Source of the DNA: the human T2T-CHM13v2.0 reference genome, Homo sapiens
Assembly (NCBI RefSeq): GCF_009914755.1
Contig: NC_060942.1
Strand: one strand, 5' to 3'
DNA length: 64,000 bases
The position numbers and the translations under genes are program-made. Every line of letters starts with the position of its first letter. Positions within the stretch are counted from its first letter, which is position 1. Shown one piece after another: positions 38,281 to 51,182 of the stretch. Below the pieces are notes generated by a model, which was not told the origin of the DNA, ran no database searches, and saw nothing but the letters and a program-made list of their open reading frames with translations.

Positions 38281-38631
38281 TATCTGGCACACGGACCTGT
38301 GATTACCAGCCCGCGTGAAGCCAACAAATGCCCTGAGTTAGAATGCAAACTTTCACCAAAGCTTGCAGGAGCTCGTAGGAGGTGAACTCAAGGTAGTTAA
38401 CCCGGTCATCTCATGGTAATTAGAAACTCTGCTTGGCAGGTTTAGACTTCCTGATCGAGAACCTAAAGAAGCTGATTGAGGTGTCGCCATTCTTTCACAG
38501 GGGTTCTGGCTGAAAAGATTGGGATTGATTCTTTGCCGTGCTTAGTAAAAGTATTTTGACTTAAGGAACGTAGCAGTTGTTAGCATTTATGTATGAAATC
38601 CAGGAGTTCCTTTCTTCAGATAAACAGCAGG

Positions 38632-38920
38632 TTTCTTTGAGATGTGCTCCGCTTGTGTCACCCAGGCTGGAGTGCAGTGGAATGAGGAAGGGTCACTGCA
38701 GCCTCCGCTTGCCCAGCTCAGGCGATCCTGCCACCTCAGCCCTCTAAGAAGCTGGGACCACAGGGGCCGTGCCACCACGCCGGGCTCATTTTGGTATCTT
38801 TTGTGGAGACGGGGTTTCTCCGTTTGGCCCAGCCTGTTCTCCACCTCCTGGGCTGCAGCGATCTGCTTTCCTCGGCCTCCCAGAGGAGGATGGCCGACGA
38901 TTACAGGATCATGCCCGGCC
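38632..38920 (-). mobile_element. Second highly diverged Alu per unit; truncated at the array's left edge (32819-33004)
   Basis: CCCAGGCTGGAGTGCAGTGG, GGAGACGGGGTTTC and CCTCGGCCTCCCAGAG anchors. Confidence 0.88.
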
Positions 38921-39388
38921 TTTTCCCCGAAAGAAAACACCAACAGCAACAAAACATTTTGCGTAGTCGGAGTTATCAGTGTCAACTGGTGGATTGAGAG
39001 TTTGTGTCTAAGAAGTCCTTCCTTATGCACTGGATGATTTCAAAAGAAAGGAGAAAAGACAAAAGGGAATCTCACATCTTGTACCTGATTTATGATTGCA
39101 ACTAGGGCGTTATTTAAAAGACGATCAGTGAACCACCAAAGTAGAATTGATCCGAATGCGTTCATAATATCTTCTGAATTCTGAGGTGTCCTCCAAGCAG
39201 GGAGGCAGTGGCTGGGTGTGGGAGGCAAAAATCACAGGGCCAGCACTTGACACCTGCAGGATTCGGAGGCTCAACTTTGCACCAAGCCAAGGGTTCTGGT
39301 GTCCGTCGCAAGTTTCGTTCCCCAACCCGCATTGACTTTGCATTGGCCCTCCTCCCCCCGGATTTTATCCGTAAGGCAAGTCCTGAGT

Positions 39389-41029
39389 TTATCGTCGGGA
39401 GAATCTTCCCTTGTAGTCTCGAATTGCCTTGGCCATCAGCGGGGCCACTTTCTTGGCAGCCTGTTTTCGGGTTTTGTCCGCGGGCGCCGCGTGCCGGTTG
39501 CTGCTGCCGCCGCCGCTCACGCTGCCGCCGTCGCCGTCCCCGAGGCCGGAGGGAGCCTGGCTGCTTCCTGCGGGCTTGGGGGCTGGCTCCATCTCTCCAT
39601 TTCCGGGGTCAGCGGCTCCTGCAGACTTCTCTTGCCTCCTGGAAGCATCATAAGGCGTCTTGGCCACAGAGTTGAAACAGATCATCTTTGTCTGTCGGCC
39701 GCTGGGTTTGTTTTCACGTGCGGATCGGATTTTCGTGGTCACTACTCGCAGCCGCTGCTCTCGGGCGTCCCGAAGCCGCAGGTACAGCTCCCGCCAAGAC
39801 TCGTGCTCCTGTGGCTTTTCTTCCTTGAAGTCCTGGAGGCAATGAATCCTCCATAATTCATCTGTCTCTCGAGCGAGTGCGGCATTGTCTTTCTCTGTGC
39901 GGTACAGCTGATCGGGCGTCCACCCTTCCAGAACGGGTTCAAGAACCGAGTAGGGGACCCCTTCCACGTCGCCGAGGGCGTCCGGATTGTTCCTAGGCAC
40001 CCGGAGGCACTGCTGGCGCAGCGTCGGCACCTGGAGCTGGCAGGCAGGCCTGGAGCCCGAGTACACCGGCATCTTAGCGTTCACTCTGCGTCCAGGGAAA
40101 GCAGCTTCCTCCTGGAGCGCTGGCGCGCAGAGTGCTTCTGGGTTTGCCTGGGAGGTCATGGCCTCAAAAGCGGACAGCAGATCGTAGTTGGCCTGCATCC
40201 AGGCCTCTGAGGGGTCCCAGAGCTCCGAGAAGACATGGCTGGGCACCGTTTTCGGCCCGGCGGAATCAGCGCCGGCCGCCTGCAGCCTCTCTGACTGGCT
40301 TTCCTGGACAGGAGGCGATTTCTGAGCCGAAGCCCCGCGGGACGATTTGTGCCCCTTGCTGTGGCTCCCCACCGCTTCCCCCTGGGGTTGGCCCTGGCAG
40401 CCTTGACCCAGCAGAGGCCCGCCCTGAGCGGCGTGAGCGTGGCCTCTTCCGGGTTGCTCCCCGGGCACAGCGGGCTCAGGGCCCTCGGGCATCGGGAGGG
40501 GAGCGGTGCGCGTTGGAGGGTCCCGATGGGGGCCGGAATCAGCTGGGGCCATTCTGGGGCGCTTTCTCTCGGCTCTGGGCTCGCGACTGGGAGACCTCGG
40601 GTGAGGTCTCTGTTGCCCCGGAGGTGTTCTGCGTGCTGTCCGTCTGTGCTCAGGGCTGTGAGATGGGCTCCTGGGGGCCGTCGCGTTTTCTGGGAAGCCC
40701 CAGGCCTTTTCCCGCTCCTGAAGAGCCTCCCCGAAGCGCTGTCGGGAAGCGCTCTCCTCAGGGTCCTGCGGGTCAGGCCCGGTGTTTCGGTCCACGAGCA
40801 CCAGCTTCTTCCACCGGGCCGCTAAGTCTCTGGCAAAGTCGCCCACGTGCTGGTGCTTCCGCAGGCGCTTCACCGTCTTTCTGATTCCAGTCTCCGCCAG
40901 GATGTCTGCGGTCATGGGCAAGGCGGAGAGTTTCTGCAAATATTTCTCTAGCTTTTTCGGCTCCGTCTTAGTGGCCAGACGCACCTGCAGCTTCCCCACT
41001 GCGCGCAGCGTAGTGGACCCTGCCGCCAT
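39389..41029 (-). CDS. ELOA3: Elongin A3, copy 2 (546 aa)
   Basis: Intact ORF, ATG at 41029; C301/A470/V504 allele. Confidence 0.97.
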   Translation of the reverse strand: MAAGSTTLRAVGKLQVRLATKTEPKKLEKYLQKLSALPMTADILAETGIRKTVKRLRKHQHVGDFARDLAARWKKLVLVDRNTGPDPQDPEESASRQRFGEALQEREKAWGFPENATAPRSPSHSPEHRRTARRTPPGQQRPHPRSPSREPRAERKRPRMAPADSGPHRDPPTRTAPLPMPEGPEPAVPGEQPGRGHAHAAQGGPLLGQGCQGQPQGEAVGSHSKGHKSSRGASAQKSPPVQESQSERLQAAGADSAGPKTVPSHVFSELWDPSEAWMQANYDLLSAFEAMTSQANPEALCAPALQEEAAFPGRRVNAKMPVYSGSRPACQLQVPTLRQQCLRVPRNNPDALGDVEGVPYSVLEPVLEGWTPDQLYRTEKDNAALARETDELWRIHCLQDFKEEKPQEHESWRELYLRLRDAREQRLRVVTTKIRSARENKPSGRQTKMICFNSVAKTPYDASRRQEKSAGAADPGNGEMEPAPKPAGSSQAPSGLGDGDGGSVSGGGSSNRHAAPADKTRKQAAKKVAPLMAKAIRDYKGRFSRR

Positions 41030-41335
41030 CTCGCCAGAGCTGTGCAGGCGTCGCTGTCCTCGCGGTCGCGGCTCTGTCCGAGCTCGGGGCGGCGGCACAG
41101 GCAGTCTGGGGTGGCCGGTCCTCGCTGCCCGGTCGCCAGGCGGCGACCTCGGGATGTGGAGTCACAGCCTGGAGCGAGCTGGGTCCTCGGAGCAGCGGGC
41201 CACTTGGTCTGGAACGCCGGTCCTTGCAGACAGCTGAGCAGGCCCGCTTCTGTTCCTCGGGATGTGCGGCCGCAGCCTGGAGTGTGACCTGTGCGGTGCG
41301 CCGTCCAAGGCGGAGTGAAGCTCCGCTGCCAGAGC

Positions 41336-41506
41336 CCGGCCTTATATAGCCAGCCCCGGGCCCACCCAGGGCTCAAGCCCTGACCCCCCTGGGCCCCTGG
41401 GCTGCCCCGCCCCGATAGGAATTCATTCCGTCAGCCCAACGCAGCCAATCGGGGCGGTCCACGCCAGGTGGACTGCTGTGCCCCGCGGGGTCATTAGGTT
41501 AATTGC
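41336..41506 (-). promoter_or_regulatory. ELOA3 core promoter, unit 2
   Basis: Same motifs as unit 1; TATA at 41342-41348. Confidence 0.8.
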
Positions 41507-41695
41507 AGCCTGGACACACCCCACTGAGTTCTACCGTTGGCCCTCCATGTACCCAGCTTCCACATCTGTGGATTCCAAAAGACACAGAGAGAATCTTCTT
41601 GGGAGTAAAAGCGAAAATAACAACACCGCAAGACAGAATCGTAGGAAGAAGAACCAACAGAGGATGACAACTCTTTACCTGGCATTGACGTTGTG

Positions 41696-42552
41696 TGAGG
41701 GGACTTGGAAACATTGGTAGAAAAGTGGGATTAAGGGAGAAAGAGGAAAAAGGCGTATTTTACTCCTCAACCTCGGCTCCATCAGCATCAAGACCCTTCT
41801 GGAAGCAGTGTCTTTTCCCCGCCGTCTAGCCCATCCCTTAAAGCCCCCAGGGTCCTGGGAATTTAACTATTTCCATGCAATCTTTTTTCCATTGTTAACT
41901 GAAGAAAACTGGGTGCCCCTTACAGGTTTTCCAAGACAAGGAAACAAAGAGAAGTCAGCAGGCGCCAAATCAGGATTGTCAGGTGGACGCCTCACGGTTT
42001 CCCATGGCAAGTCTTGCCCAGCTGCCCTTGTTCGAAGAAAGGCATGATCAGGAACACTGTCGTGGTGGAGAAGAAGTCTCTGGTGGGGACCTTCTTCGCT
42101 CCAGCTTTGGCTAACTTTCTGAAAACGCTCTGCTAGCGAGCAGATGTGATCAGGGTTTGGCCCTGCAGAAAGTCAACCAGCAGAATCCCTCTAGCATCTC
42201 CCCCCCCCACCCCGCCCCCAACGGTGGCCATGACCTCTGCTCTTGACTGCTCCTCTGCAGCTTCGACTGGAGCACTGCCACCTCTTGGTAGCCATGGCTT
42301 CGTGCTTGGTCTTCAGGATCCTGCCGGTAGAGCCAGGTTTCATCTCCTGTGACCAATCTTGGAAGAAATGCTTCAGGATCTTGCTCCCACCGGTTGTTTA
42401 AAATCTCCTCGGAAAGGCTTGCTCTGGCCTGCAGCTGATATTGGTGCCACGGTTTGGGCAGCCGAGTTCCACTCTCACCTTTCAGTCCAAATGAGGAAAA
42501 CAGAACCATTTGAAGTGTCTATGGTGTCGGCTATTGTTTCTGCTGTCGGCGG
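41696..42552 (-). mobile_element. Hsmar2 remnant, unit 2
   Basis: Copy of the unit 1 element. Confidence 0.88.
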
Positions 42553-42602
42553 CGATTTCGCGTAATGTTTACATTCTCACATGACTTTCTCTCTCTCTCT
42601 CT

Positions 42603-42651
<49 letters not shown>

Positions 42652-43482
42652 TCTTCTGCAGAAAGATAATCGTTATAGCCTGAGAATCGGGGAATGGGGA
42701 TTCGGGTGTTAAGCCTTTTCTGAGAATTACCCTCCGTGTTGTGCAGAGAAATAAGTAAATTTGCTGTGTTTCCAGACTTCCAGCTGCCTCACGAAGAGGA
42801 TCGTAGTGCAATACTGGCGATGCCTCCAGAGCTCCCTGAATGAGGTTTATCTTGTAAATAGGTGGGAAGAGAATTGAGCTGTCCTGGGTCAGTGTAGTAA
42901 TGTTACAGCAGGATCCTTAGGTTGATGCTGAATTCTATCTGGGGTAGATTTATATTTTGTGCGGGGGTTGTTTCCTTTCTGTGTTTTCGAGCGGGATTGT
43001 CGCTGTGGGAGCAGGGATCTGCTAAGGTTTGTCTCGTTCTCCAGTAATGAATGAGTTTAATGGGTGCAGCCGCTGTTTTCAGTAGCATGCCAGTGGGGGC
43101 ATCGATGAGCTATGAGGGGCTAGAGCTTGCTCGGATTGTTTCCTTGTGTTTGTGTTTTGAGATGCGTTTGCTTGTGTCATGTTTGTTTTCCATTTTGGCA
43201 GGGGAAAGGTTTTCCAGGAAGAAAGGTTGTTGCCAGTGGATTTGGTTCCGAGGGGCTGGGGTTTCTGGCTGGGAGTGGGGAGGGGCTGCACGGTGATCGG
43301 TGGCTACTCCACCTCCAGAAAGAGCGTGTGGCTTCTCTGCCTCGGGGAGGATATTCTGCTCTCTTGTGAGTTTTGCAAGCCACCCGAGATTCTCTCTTGA
43401 ATTGCTGTCAAGAAATAGAGACCGGCGTTGTCTCTGGCCCTCGCTGGGGAAGCTTTTCTGAGGTTTTGTTTTTTTAATTTGA

Positions 43483-43587
<105 letters not shown>

Positions 43588-45303
43588 TGAGTAGCTGGGA
43601 TTACAGGCGCTCGCCAGCAAGCCCAACCGAGTTTCGTCTTTTTAGAAGAGACGGGATTTCCTCATGTTGGTCAGGCTGGTCTGCAACTCCGGACGTCAGG
43701 GGGTCCGCCGGCCTCGACCTCCCAAAGCGATGGGAATAGAGGCGTGAGTCACCGTGCCCGGACATGTCTGAGTTTCACAGGGTCGCTGATTGGATTATGT
43801 CCCCTTCCCCGGCACGAATGCTTTTCTGTCTTCCTTAAGGGTAGTATCTCTGTGGCACCCTGTTCTGGCTCCTTACGTGTTCTTCAGGCTTGAAGGCCTC
43901 TTTTCACGTGCACCGGCATCCACTCAGGTGCCTGCTTCCAGAAGCTTCCCAGCACCCACTCTGCTGACAGCCAAGGGCACAGGACTTTGATCTCTTCTGC
44001 TGCCCTTGCTGGGTTTTGCCTTGCGGCTTAGGTCTTTCTATTTCTCTCTCTATCCCTCACTGTCGGTAACGCCTAAGAACCAAGTTTACTTAATGGTGTG
44101 TGTGTGTGTGTGCGCGCGCGCGTCCGTGTGCGTGCTCATGTGTGCGTGTGCGTGTGTGTGTGCGTGTCTTTCTTTGTGTGTATGTGTGTGTGTCGTATCT
44201 GGCACACGGACCTGTGATTACCAGCCCGCGTGAAGCCAACAAATGCCCTGAGTTAGAATGCAAACTTTCACCAAAGCTTGCAGGAGCTCGTAGGAGGTGA
44301 ACTCAAGGTAGTTAACCCGGTCATCTCATGGTAATTAGAAACTCTGCTTGGCAGGTTTAGACTTCCTGATCGAGAACCTAAAGAAGCTGATTGAGGTGTC
44401 GCCATTCTTTCACAGGGGTTCTGGCTGAAAAGATTGGGATTGATTCTTTGCCGTGCTTAGTAAAAGTATTTTGACTTAAGGAACGTAGCAGTTGTTAGCA
44501 TTTATGTATGAAATCCAGGAGTTCCTTTCTTCAGATAAACAGCAGGTTTCTTTGAGATGTGCTCCGCTTGTGTCACCCAGGCTGGAGTGCAGTGGAATGA
44601 GGAAGGGTCACTGCAGCCTCCGCTTGCCCAGCTCAGGCGATCCTGCCACCTCAGCCCTCTAAGAAGCTGGGACCACAGGGGCCGTGCCACCACGCCGGGC
44701 TCATTTTGGTATCTTTTGTGGAGACGGGGTTTCTCCGTTTGGCCCAGCCTGTTCTCCACCTCCTGGGCTGCAGCGATCTGCTTTCCTCGGCCTCCCAGAG
44801 GAGGATGGCCGACGATTACAGGATCATGCCCGGCCTTTTCCCCGAAAGAAAACACCAACAGCAACAAAACATTTTGCGTAGTCGGAGTTATCAGTGTCAA
44901 CTGGTGGATTGAGAGTTTGTGTCTAAGAAGTCCTTCCTTATGCACTGGATGATTTCAAAAGAAAGGAGAAAAGACAAAAGGGAATCTCACATCTTGTACC
45001 TGATTTATGATTGCAACTAGGGCGTTATTTAAAAGACGATCAGTGAACCACCAAAGTAGAATTGATCCGAATGCGTTCATAATATCTTCTGAATTCTGAG
45101 GTGTCCTCCAAGCAGGGAGGCAGTGGCTGGGTGTGGGAGGCAAAAATCACAGGGCCAGCACTTGACACCTGCAGGATTCGGAGGCTCAACTTTGCACCAA
45201 GCCAAGGGTTCTGGTGTCCGTCGCAAGTTTCGTTCCCCAACCCGCATTGACTTTGCATTGGCCCTCCTCCCCCCGGATTTTATCCGTAAGGCAAGTCCTG
45301 AGT

Positions 45304-46944
45304 TTATCGTCGGGAGAATCTTCCCTTGTAGTCTCGAATTGCCTTGGCCATCAGCGGGGCCACTTTCTTGGCAGCCTGTTTTCGGGTTTTGTCCGCGGGC
45401 GCCGCGTGCCGGTTGCTGCTGCCGCCGCCGCTCACGCTGCCGCCGTCGCCGTCCCCGAGGCCGGAGGGAGCCTGGCTGCTTCCTGCGGGCTTGGGGGCTG
45501 GCTCCATCTCTCCATTTCCGGGGTCAGCGGCTCCTGCAGACTTCTCTTGCCTCCTGGAAGCATCATAAGGCGTCTTGGCCACAGAGTTGAAACAGATCAT
45601 CTTTGTCTGTCGGCCGCTGGGTTTGTTTTCACGTGCGGATCGGATTTTCGTGGTCACTACTCGCAGCCGCTGCTCTCGGGCGTCCCGAAGCCGCAGGTAC
45701 AGCTCCCGCCAAGACTCGTGCTCCTGTGGCTTTTCTTCCTTGAAGTCCTGGAGGCAATGAATCCTCCATAATTCATCTGTCTCTCGAGCGAGTGCGGCAT
45801 TGTCTTTCTCTGTGCGGTACAGCTGATCGGGCGTCCACCCTTCCAGAACGGGTTCAAGAACCGAGTAGGGGACCCCTTCCACGTCGCCGAGGGCGTCCGG
45901 ATTGTTCCTAGGCACCCGGAGGCACTGCTGGCGCAGCGTCGGCACCTGGAGCTGGCAGGCAGGCCTGGAGCCCGAGTACACCGGCATCTTAGCGTTCACT
46001 CTGCGTCCAGGGAAAGCAGCTTCCTCCTGGAGCGCTGGCGCGCAGAGTGCTTCTGGGTTTGCCTGGGAGGTCATGGCCTCAAAAGCGGACAGCAGATCGT
46101 AGTTGGCCTGCATCCAGGCCTCTGAGGGGTCCCAGAGCTCCGAGAAGACATGGCTGGGCACCGTTTTCGGCCCGGCGGAATCAGCGCCGGCCGCCTGCAG
46201 CCTCTCTGACTGGCTTTCCTGGACAGGAGGCGATTTCTGAGCCGAAGCCCCGCGGGACGATTTGTGCCCCTTGCTGTGGCTCCCCACCGCTTCCCCCTGG
46301 GGTTGGCCCTGGCAGCCTTGACCCAGCAGAGGCCCGCCCTGAGCGGCGTGAGCGTGGCCTCTTCCGGGTTGCTCCCCGGGCACAGCGGGCTCAGGGCCCT
46401 CGGGCATCGGGAGGGGAGCGGTGCGCGTTGGAGGGTCCCGATGGGGGCCGGAATCAGCTGGGGCCATTCTGGGGCGCTTTCTCTCGGCTCTGGGCTCGCG
46501 ACTGGGAGACCTCGGGTGAGGTCTCTGTTGCCCCGGAGGTGTTCTGCGTGCTGTCCGTCTGTGCTCAGGGCTGTGAGATGGGCTCCTGGGGGCCGTCGCG
46601 TTTTCTGGGAAGCCCCAGGCCTTTTCCCGCTCCTGAAGAGCCTCCCCGAAGCGCTGTCGGGAAGCGCTCTCCTCAGGGTCCTGCGGGTCAGGCCCGGTGT
46701 TTCGGTCCACGAGCACCAGCTTCTTCCACCGGGCCGCTAAGTCTCTGGCAAAGTCGCCCACGTGCTGGTGCTTCCGCAGGCGCTTCACCGTCTTTCTGAT
46801 TCCAGTCTCCGCCAGGATGTCTGCGGTCATGGGCAAGGCGGAGAGTTTCTGCAAATATTTCTCTAGCTTTTTCGGCTCCGTCTTAGTGGCCAGACGCACC
46901 TGCAGCTTCCCCACTGCGCGCAGCGTAGTGGACCCTGCCGCCAT
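45304..46944 (-). CDS. ELOA3: Elongin A3, copy 3 (546 aa)
   Basis: Intact ORF; translation matches copy 2. Confidence 0.97.
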   Translation of the reverse strand: MAAGSTTLRAVGKLQVRLATKTEPKKLEKYLQKLSALPMTADILAETGIRKTVKRLRKHQHVGDFARDLAARWKKLVLVDRNTGPDPQDPEESASRQRFGEALQEREKAWGFPENATAPRSPSHSPEHRRTARRTPPGQQRPHPRSPSREPRAERKRPRMAPADSGPHRDPPTRTAPLPMPEGPEPAVPGEQPGRGHAHAAQGGPLLGQGCQGQPQGEAVGSHSKGHKSSRGASAQKSPPVQESQSERLQAAGADSAGPKTVPSHVFSELWDPSEAWMQANYDLLSAFEAMTSQANPEALCAPALQEEAAFPGRRVNAKMPVYSGSRPACQLQVPTLRQQCLRVPRNNPDALGDVEGVPYSVLEPVLEGWTPDQLYRTEKDNAALARETDELWRIHCLQDFKEEKPQEHESWRELYLRLRDAREQRLRVVTTKIRSARENKPSGRQTKMICFNSVAKTPYDASRRQEKSAGAADPGNGEMEPAPKPAGSSQAPSGLGDGDGGSVSGGGSSNRHAAPADKTRKQAAKKVAPLMAKAIRDYKGRFSRR

Positions 46945-47250
46945 CTCGCCAGAGCTGTGCAGGCGTCGCTGTCCTCGCGGTCGCGGCTCTGTCCGAGCTC
47001 GGGGCGGCGGCACAGGCAGTCTGGGGTGGCCGGTCCTCGCTGCCCGGTCGCCAGGCGGCGACCTCGGGATGTGGAGTCACAGCCTGGAGCGAGCTGGGTC
47101 CTCGGAGCAGCGGGCCACTTGGTCTGGAACGCCGGTCCTTGCAGACAGCTGAGCAGGCCCGCTTCTGTTCCTCGGGATGTGCGGCCGCAGCCTGGAGTGT
47201 GACCTGTGCGGTGCGCCGTCCAAGGCGGAGTGAAGCTCCGCTGCCAGAGC

Positions 47251-47421
47251 CCGGCCTTATATAGCCAGCCCCGGGCCCACCCAGGGCTCAAGCCCTGACC
47301 CCCCTGGGCCCCTGGGCTGCCCCGCCCCGATAGGAATTCATTCCGTCAGCCCAACGCAGCCAATCGGGGCGGTCCACGCCAGGTGGACTGCTGTGCCCCG
47401 CGGGGTCATTAGGTTAATTGC
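47251..47421 (-). promoter_or_regulatory. ELOA3 core promoter, unit 3
   Basis: Same motifs; TATA at 47257-47263. Confidence 0.8.
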
Positions 47422-47610
47422 AGCCTGGACACACCCCACTGAGTTCTACCGTTGGCCCTCCATGTACCCAGCTTCCACATCTGTGGATTCCAAAAGACAC
47501 AGAGAGAATCTTCTTGGGAGTAAAAGCGAAAATAACAACACCGCAAGACAGAATCGTAGGAAGAAGAACCAACAGAGGATGACAACTCTTTACCTGGCAT
47601 TGACGTTGTG

Positions 47611-48467
47611 TGAGGGGACTTGGAAACATTGGTAGAAAAGTGGGATTAAGGGAGAAAGAGGAAAAAGGCGTATTTTACTCCTCAACCTCGGCTCCATCAG
47701 CATCAAGACCCTTCTGGAAGCAGTGTCTTTTCCCCGCCGTCTAGCCCATCCCTTAAAGCCCCCAGGGTCCTGGGAATTTAACTATTTCCATGCAATCTTT
47801 TTTCCATTGTTAACTGAAGAAAACTGGGTGCCCCTTACAGGTTTTCCAAGACAAGGAAACAAAGAGAAGTCAGCAGGCGCCAAATCAGGATTGTCAGGTG
47901 GACGCCTCACGGTTTCCCATGGCAAGTCTTGCCCAGCTGCCCTTGTTCGAAGAAAGGCATGATCAGGAACACTGTCGTGGTGGAGAAGAAGTCTCTGGTG
48001 GGGACCTTCTTCGCTCCAGCTTTGGCTAACTTTCTGAAAACGCTCTGCTAGCGAGCAGATGTGATCAGGGTTTGGCCCTGCAGAAAGTCAACCAGCAGAA
48101 TCCCTCTAGCATCTCCCCCCCCCACCCCGCCCCCAACGGTGGCCATGACCTCTGCTCTTGACTGCTCCTCTGCAGCTTCGACTGGAGCACTGCCACCTCT
48201 TGGTAGCCATGGCTTCGTGCTTGGTCTTCAGGATCCTGCCGGTAGAGCCAGGTTTCATCTCCTGTGACCAATCTTGGAAGAAATGCTTCAGGATCTTGCT
48301 CCCACCGGTTGTTTAAAATCTCCTCGGAAAGGCTTGCTCTGGCCTGCAGCTGATATTGGTGCCACGGTTTGGGCAGCCGAGTTCCACTCTCACCTTTCAG
48401 TCCAAATGAGGAAAACAGAACCATTTGAAGTGTCTATGGTGTCGGCTATTGTTTCTGCTGTCGGCGG
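47611..48467 (-). mobile_element. Hsmar2 remnant, unit 3
   Basis: Copy of the unit 1 element. Confidence 0.88.
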
Positions 48468-48517
48468 CGATTTCGCGTAATGTTTACATTCTCACATGAC
48501 TTTCTCTCTCTCTCTCT

Positions 48518-48566
<49 letters not shown>

Positions 48567-49397
48567 TCTTCTGCAGAAAGATAATCGTTATAGCCTGAGA
48601 ATCGGGGAATGGGGATTCGGGTGTTAAGCCTTTTCTGAGAATTACCCTCCGTGTTGTGCAGAGAAATAAGTAAATTTGCTGTGTTTCCAGACTTCCAGCT
48701 GCCTCACGAAGAGGATCGTAGTGCAATACTGGCGATGCCTCCAGAGCTCCCTGAATGAGGTTTATCTTGTAAATAGGTGGGAAGAGAATTGAGCTGTCCT
48801 GGGTCAGTGTAGTAATGTTACAGCAGGATCCTTAGGTTGATGCTGAATTCTATCTGGGGTAGATTTATATTTTGTGCGGGGGTTGTTTCCTTTCTGTGTT
48901 TTCGAGCGGGATTGTCGCTGTGGGAGCAGGGATCTGCTAAGGTTTGTCTCGTTCTCCAGTAATGAATGAGTTTAATGGGTGCAGCCGCTGTTTTCAGTAG
49001 CATGCCAGTGGGGGCATCGATGAGCTATGAGGGGCTAGAGCTTGCTCGGATTGTTTCCTTGTGTTTGTGTTTTGAGATGCGTTTGCTTGTGTCATGTTTG
49101 TTTTCCATTTTGGCAGGGGAAAGGTTTTCCAGGAAGAAAGGTTGTTGCCAGTGGATTTGGTTCCGAGGGGCTGGGGTTTCTGGCTGGGAGTGGGGAGGGG
49201 CTGCACGGTGATCGGTGGCTACTCCACCTCCAGAAAGAGCGTGTGGCTTCTCTGCCTCGGGGAGGATATTCTGCTCTCTTGTGAGTTTTGCAAGCCACCC
49301 GAGATTCTCTCTTGAATTGCTGTCAAGAAATAGAGACCGGCGTTGTCTCTGGCCCTCGCTGGGGAAGCTTTTCTGAGGTTTTGTTTTTTTAATTTGA

Positions 49398-49502
<105 letters not shown>

Positions 49503-51182
49503 TGAGTAGCTGGGATTACAGGCGCTCGCCAGCAAGCCCAACCGAGTTTCGTCTTTTTAGAAGAGACGGGATTTCCTCATGTTGGTCAGGCTGGTCTGCA
49601 ACTCCGGACGTCAGGGGGTCCGCCGGCCTCGACCTCCCAAAGCGATGGGAATAGAGGCGTGAGTCACCGTGCCCGGACATGTCTGAGTTTCACAGGGTCG
49701 CTGATTGGATTATGTCCCCTTCCCCGGCACGAATGCTTTTCTGTCTTCCTTAAGGGTAGTATCTCTGTGGCACCCTGTTCTGGCTCCTTACGTGTTCTTC
49801 AGGCTTGAAGGCCTCTTTTCACGTGCACCGGCATCCACTCAGGTGCCTGCTTCCAGAAGCTTCCCAGCACCCACTCTGCTGACAGCCAAGGGCACAGGAC
49901 TTTGATCTCTTCTGCTGCCCTTGCTGGGTTTTGCCTTGCGGCTTAGGTCTTTCTATTTCTCTCTCTATCCCTCACTGTCGGTAACGCCTAAGAACCAAGT
50001 TTACTTAATGGTGTGTGTGTGTGTGTGCGCGCGCGCGTCCGTGTGCGTGCTCATGTGTGCGTGTGCGTGTGTGTGTGCGTGTCTTTCTTTGTGTGTATGT
50101 GTGTGTGTCGTATCTGGCACACGGACCTGTGATTACCAGCCCGCGTGAAGCCAACAAATGCCCTGAGTTAGAATGCAAACTTTCACCAAAGCTTGCAGGA
50201 GCTCGTAGGAGGTGAACTCAAGGTAGTTAACCCGGTCATCTCATGGTAATTAGAAACTCTGCTTGGCAGGTTTAGACTTCCTGATCGAGAACCTAAAGAA
50301 GCTGATTGAGGTGTCGCCATTCTTTCACAGGGGTTCTGGCTGAAAAGATTGGGATTGATTCTTTGCCGTGCTTAGTAAAAGTATTTTGACTTAAGGAACG
50401 TAGCAGTTGTTAGCATTTATGTATGAAATCCAGGAGTTCCTTTCTTCAGATAAACAGCAGGTTTCTTTGAGATGTGCTCCGCTTGTGTCACCCAGGCTGG
50501 AGTGCAGTGGAATGAGGAAGGGTCACTGCAGCCTCCGCTTGCCCAGCTCAGGCGATCCTGCCACCTCAGCCCTCTAAGAAGCTGGGACCACAGGGGCCGT
50601 GCCACCACGCCGGGCTCATTTTGGTATCTTTTGTGGAGACGGGGTTTCTCCGTTTGGCCCAGCCTGTTCTCCACCTCCTGGGCTGCAGCGATCTGCTTTC
50701 CTCGGCCTCCCAGAGGAGGATGGCCGACGATTACAGGATCATGCCCGGCCTTTTCCCCGAAAGAAAACACCAACAGCAACAAAACATTTTGCGTAGTCGG
50801 AGTTATCAGTGTCAACTGGTGGATTGAGAGTTTGTGTCTAAGAAGTCCTTCCTTATGCACTGGATGATTTCAAAAGAAAGGAGAAAAGACAAAAGGGAAT
50901 CTCACATCTTGTACCTGATTTATGATTGCAACTAGGGCGTTATTTAAAAGACGATCAGTGAACCACCAAAGTAGAATTGATCCGAATGCGTTCATAATAT
51001 CTTCTGAATTCTGAGGTGTCCTCCAAGCAGGGAGGCAGTGGCTGGGTGTGGGAGGCAAAAATCACAGGGCCAGCACTTGACACCTGCAGGATTCGGAGGC
51101 TCAACTTTGCACCAAGCAACCCGCATTGACTTTGCATTGGCCCTCCTCCCCCCGGATTTTATCCGTAAGGCAAGTCCTGAGT

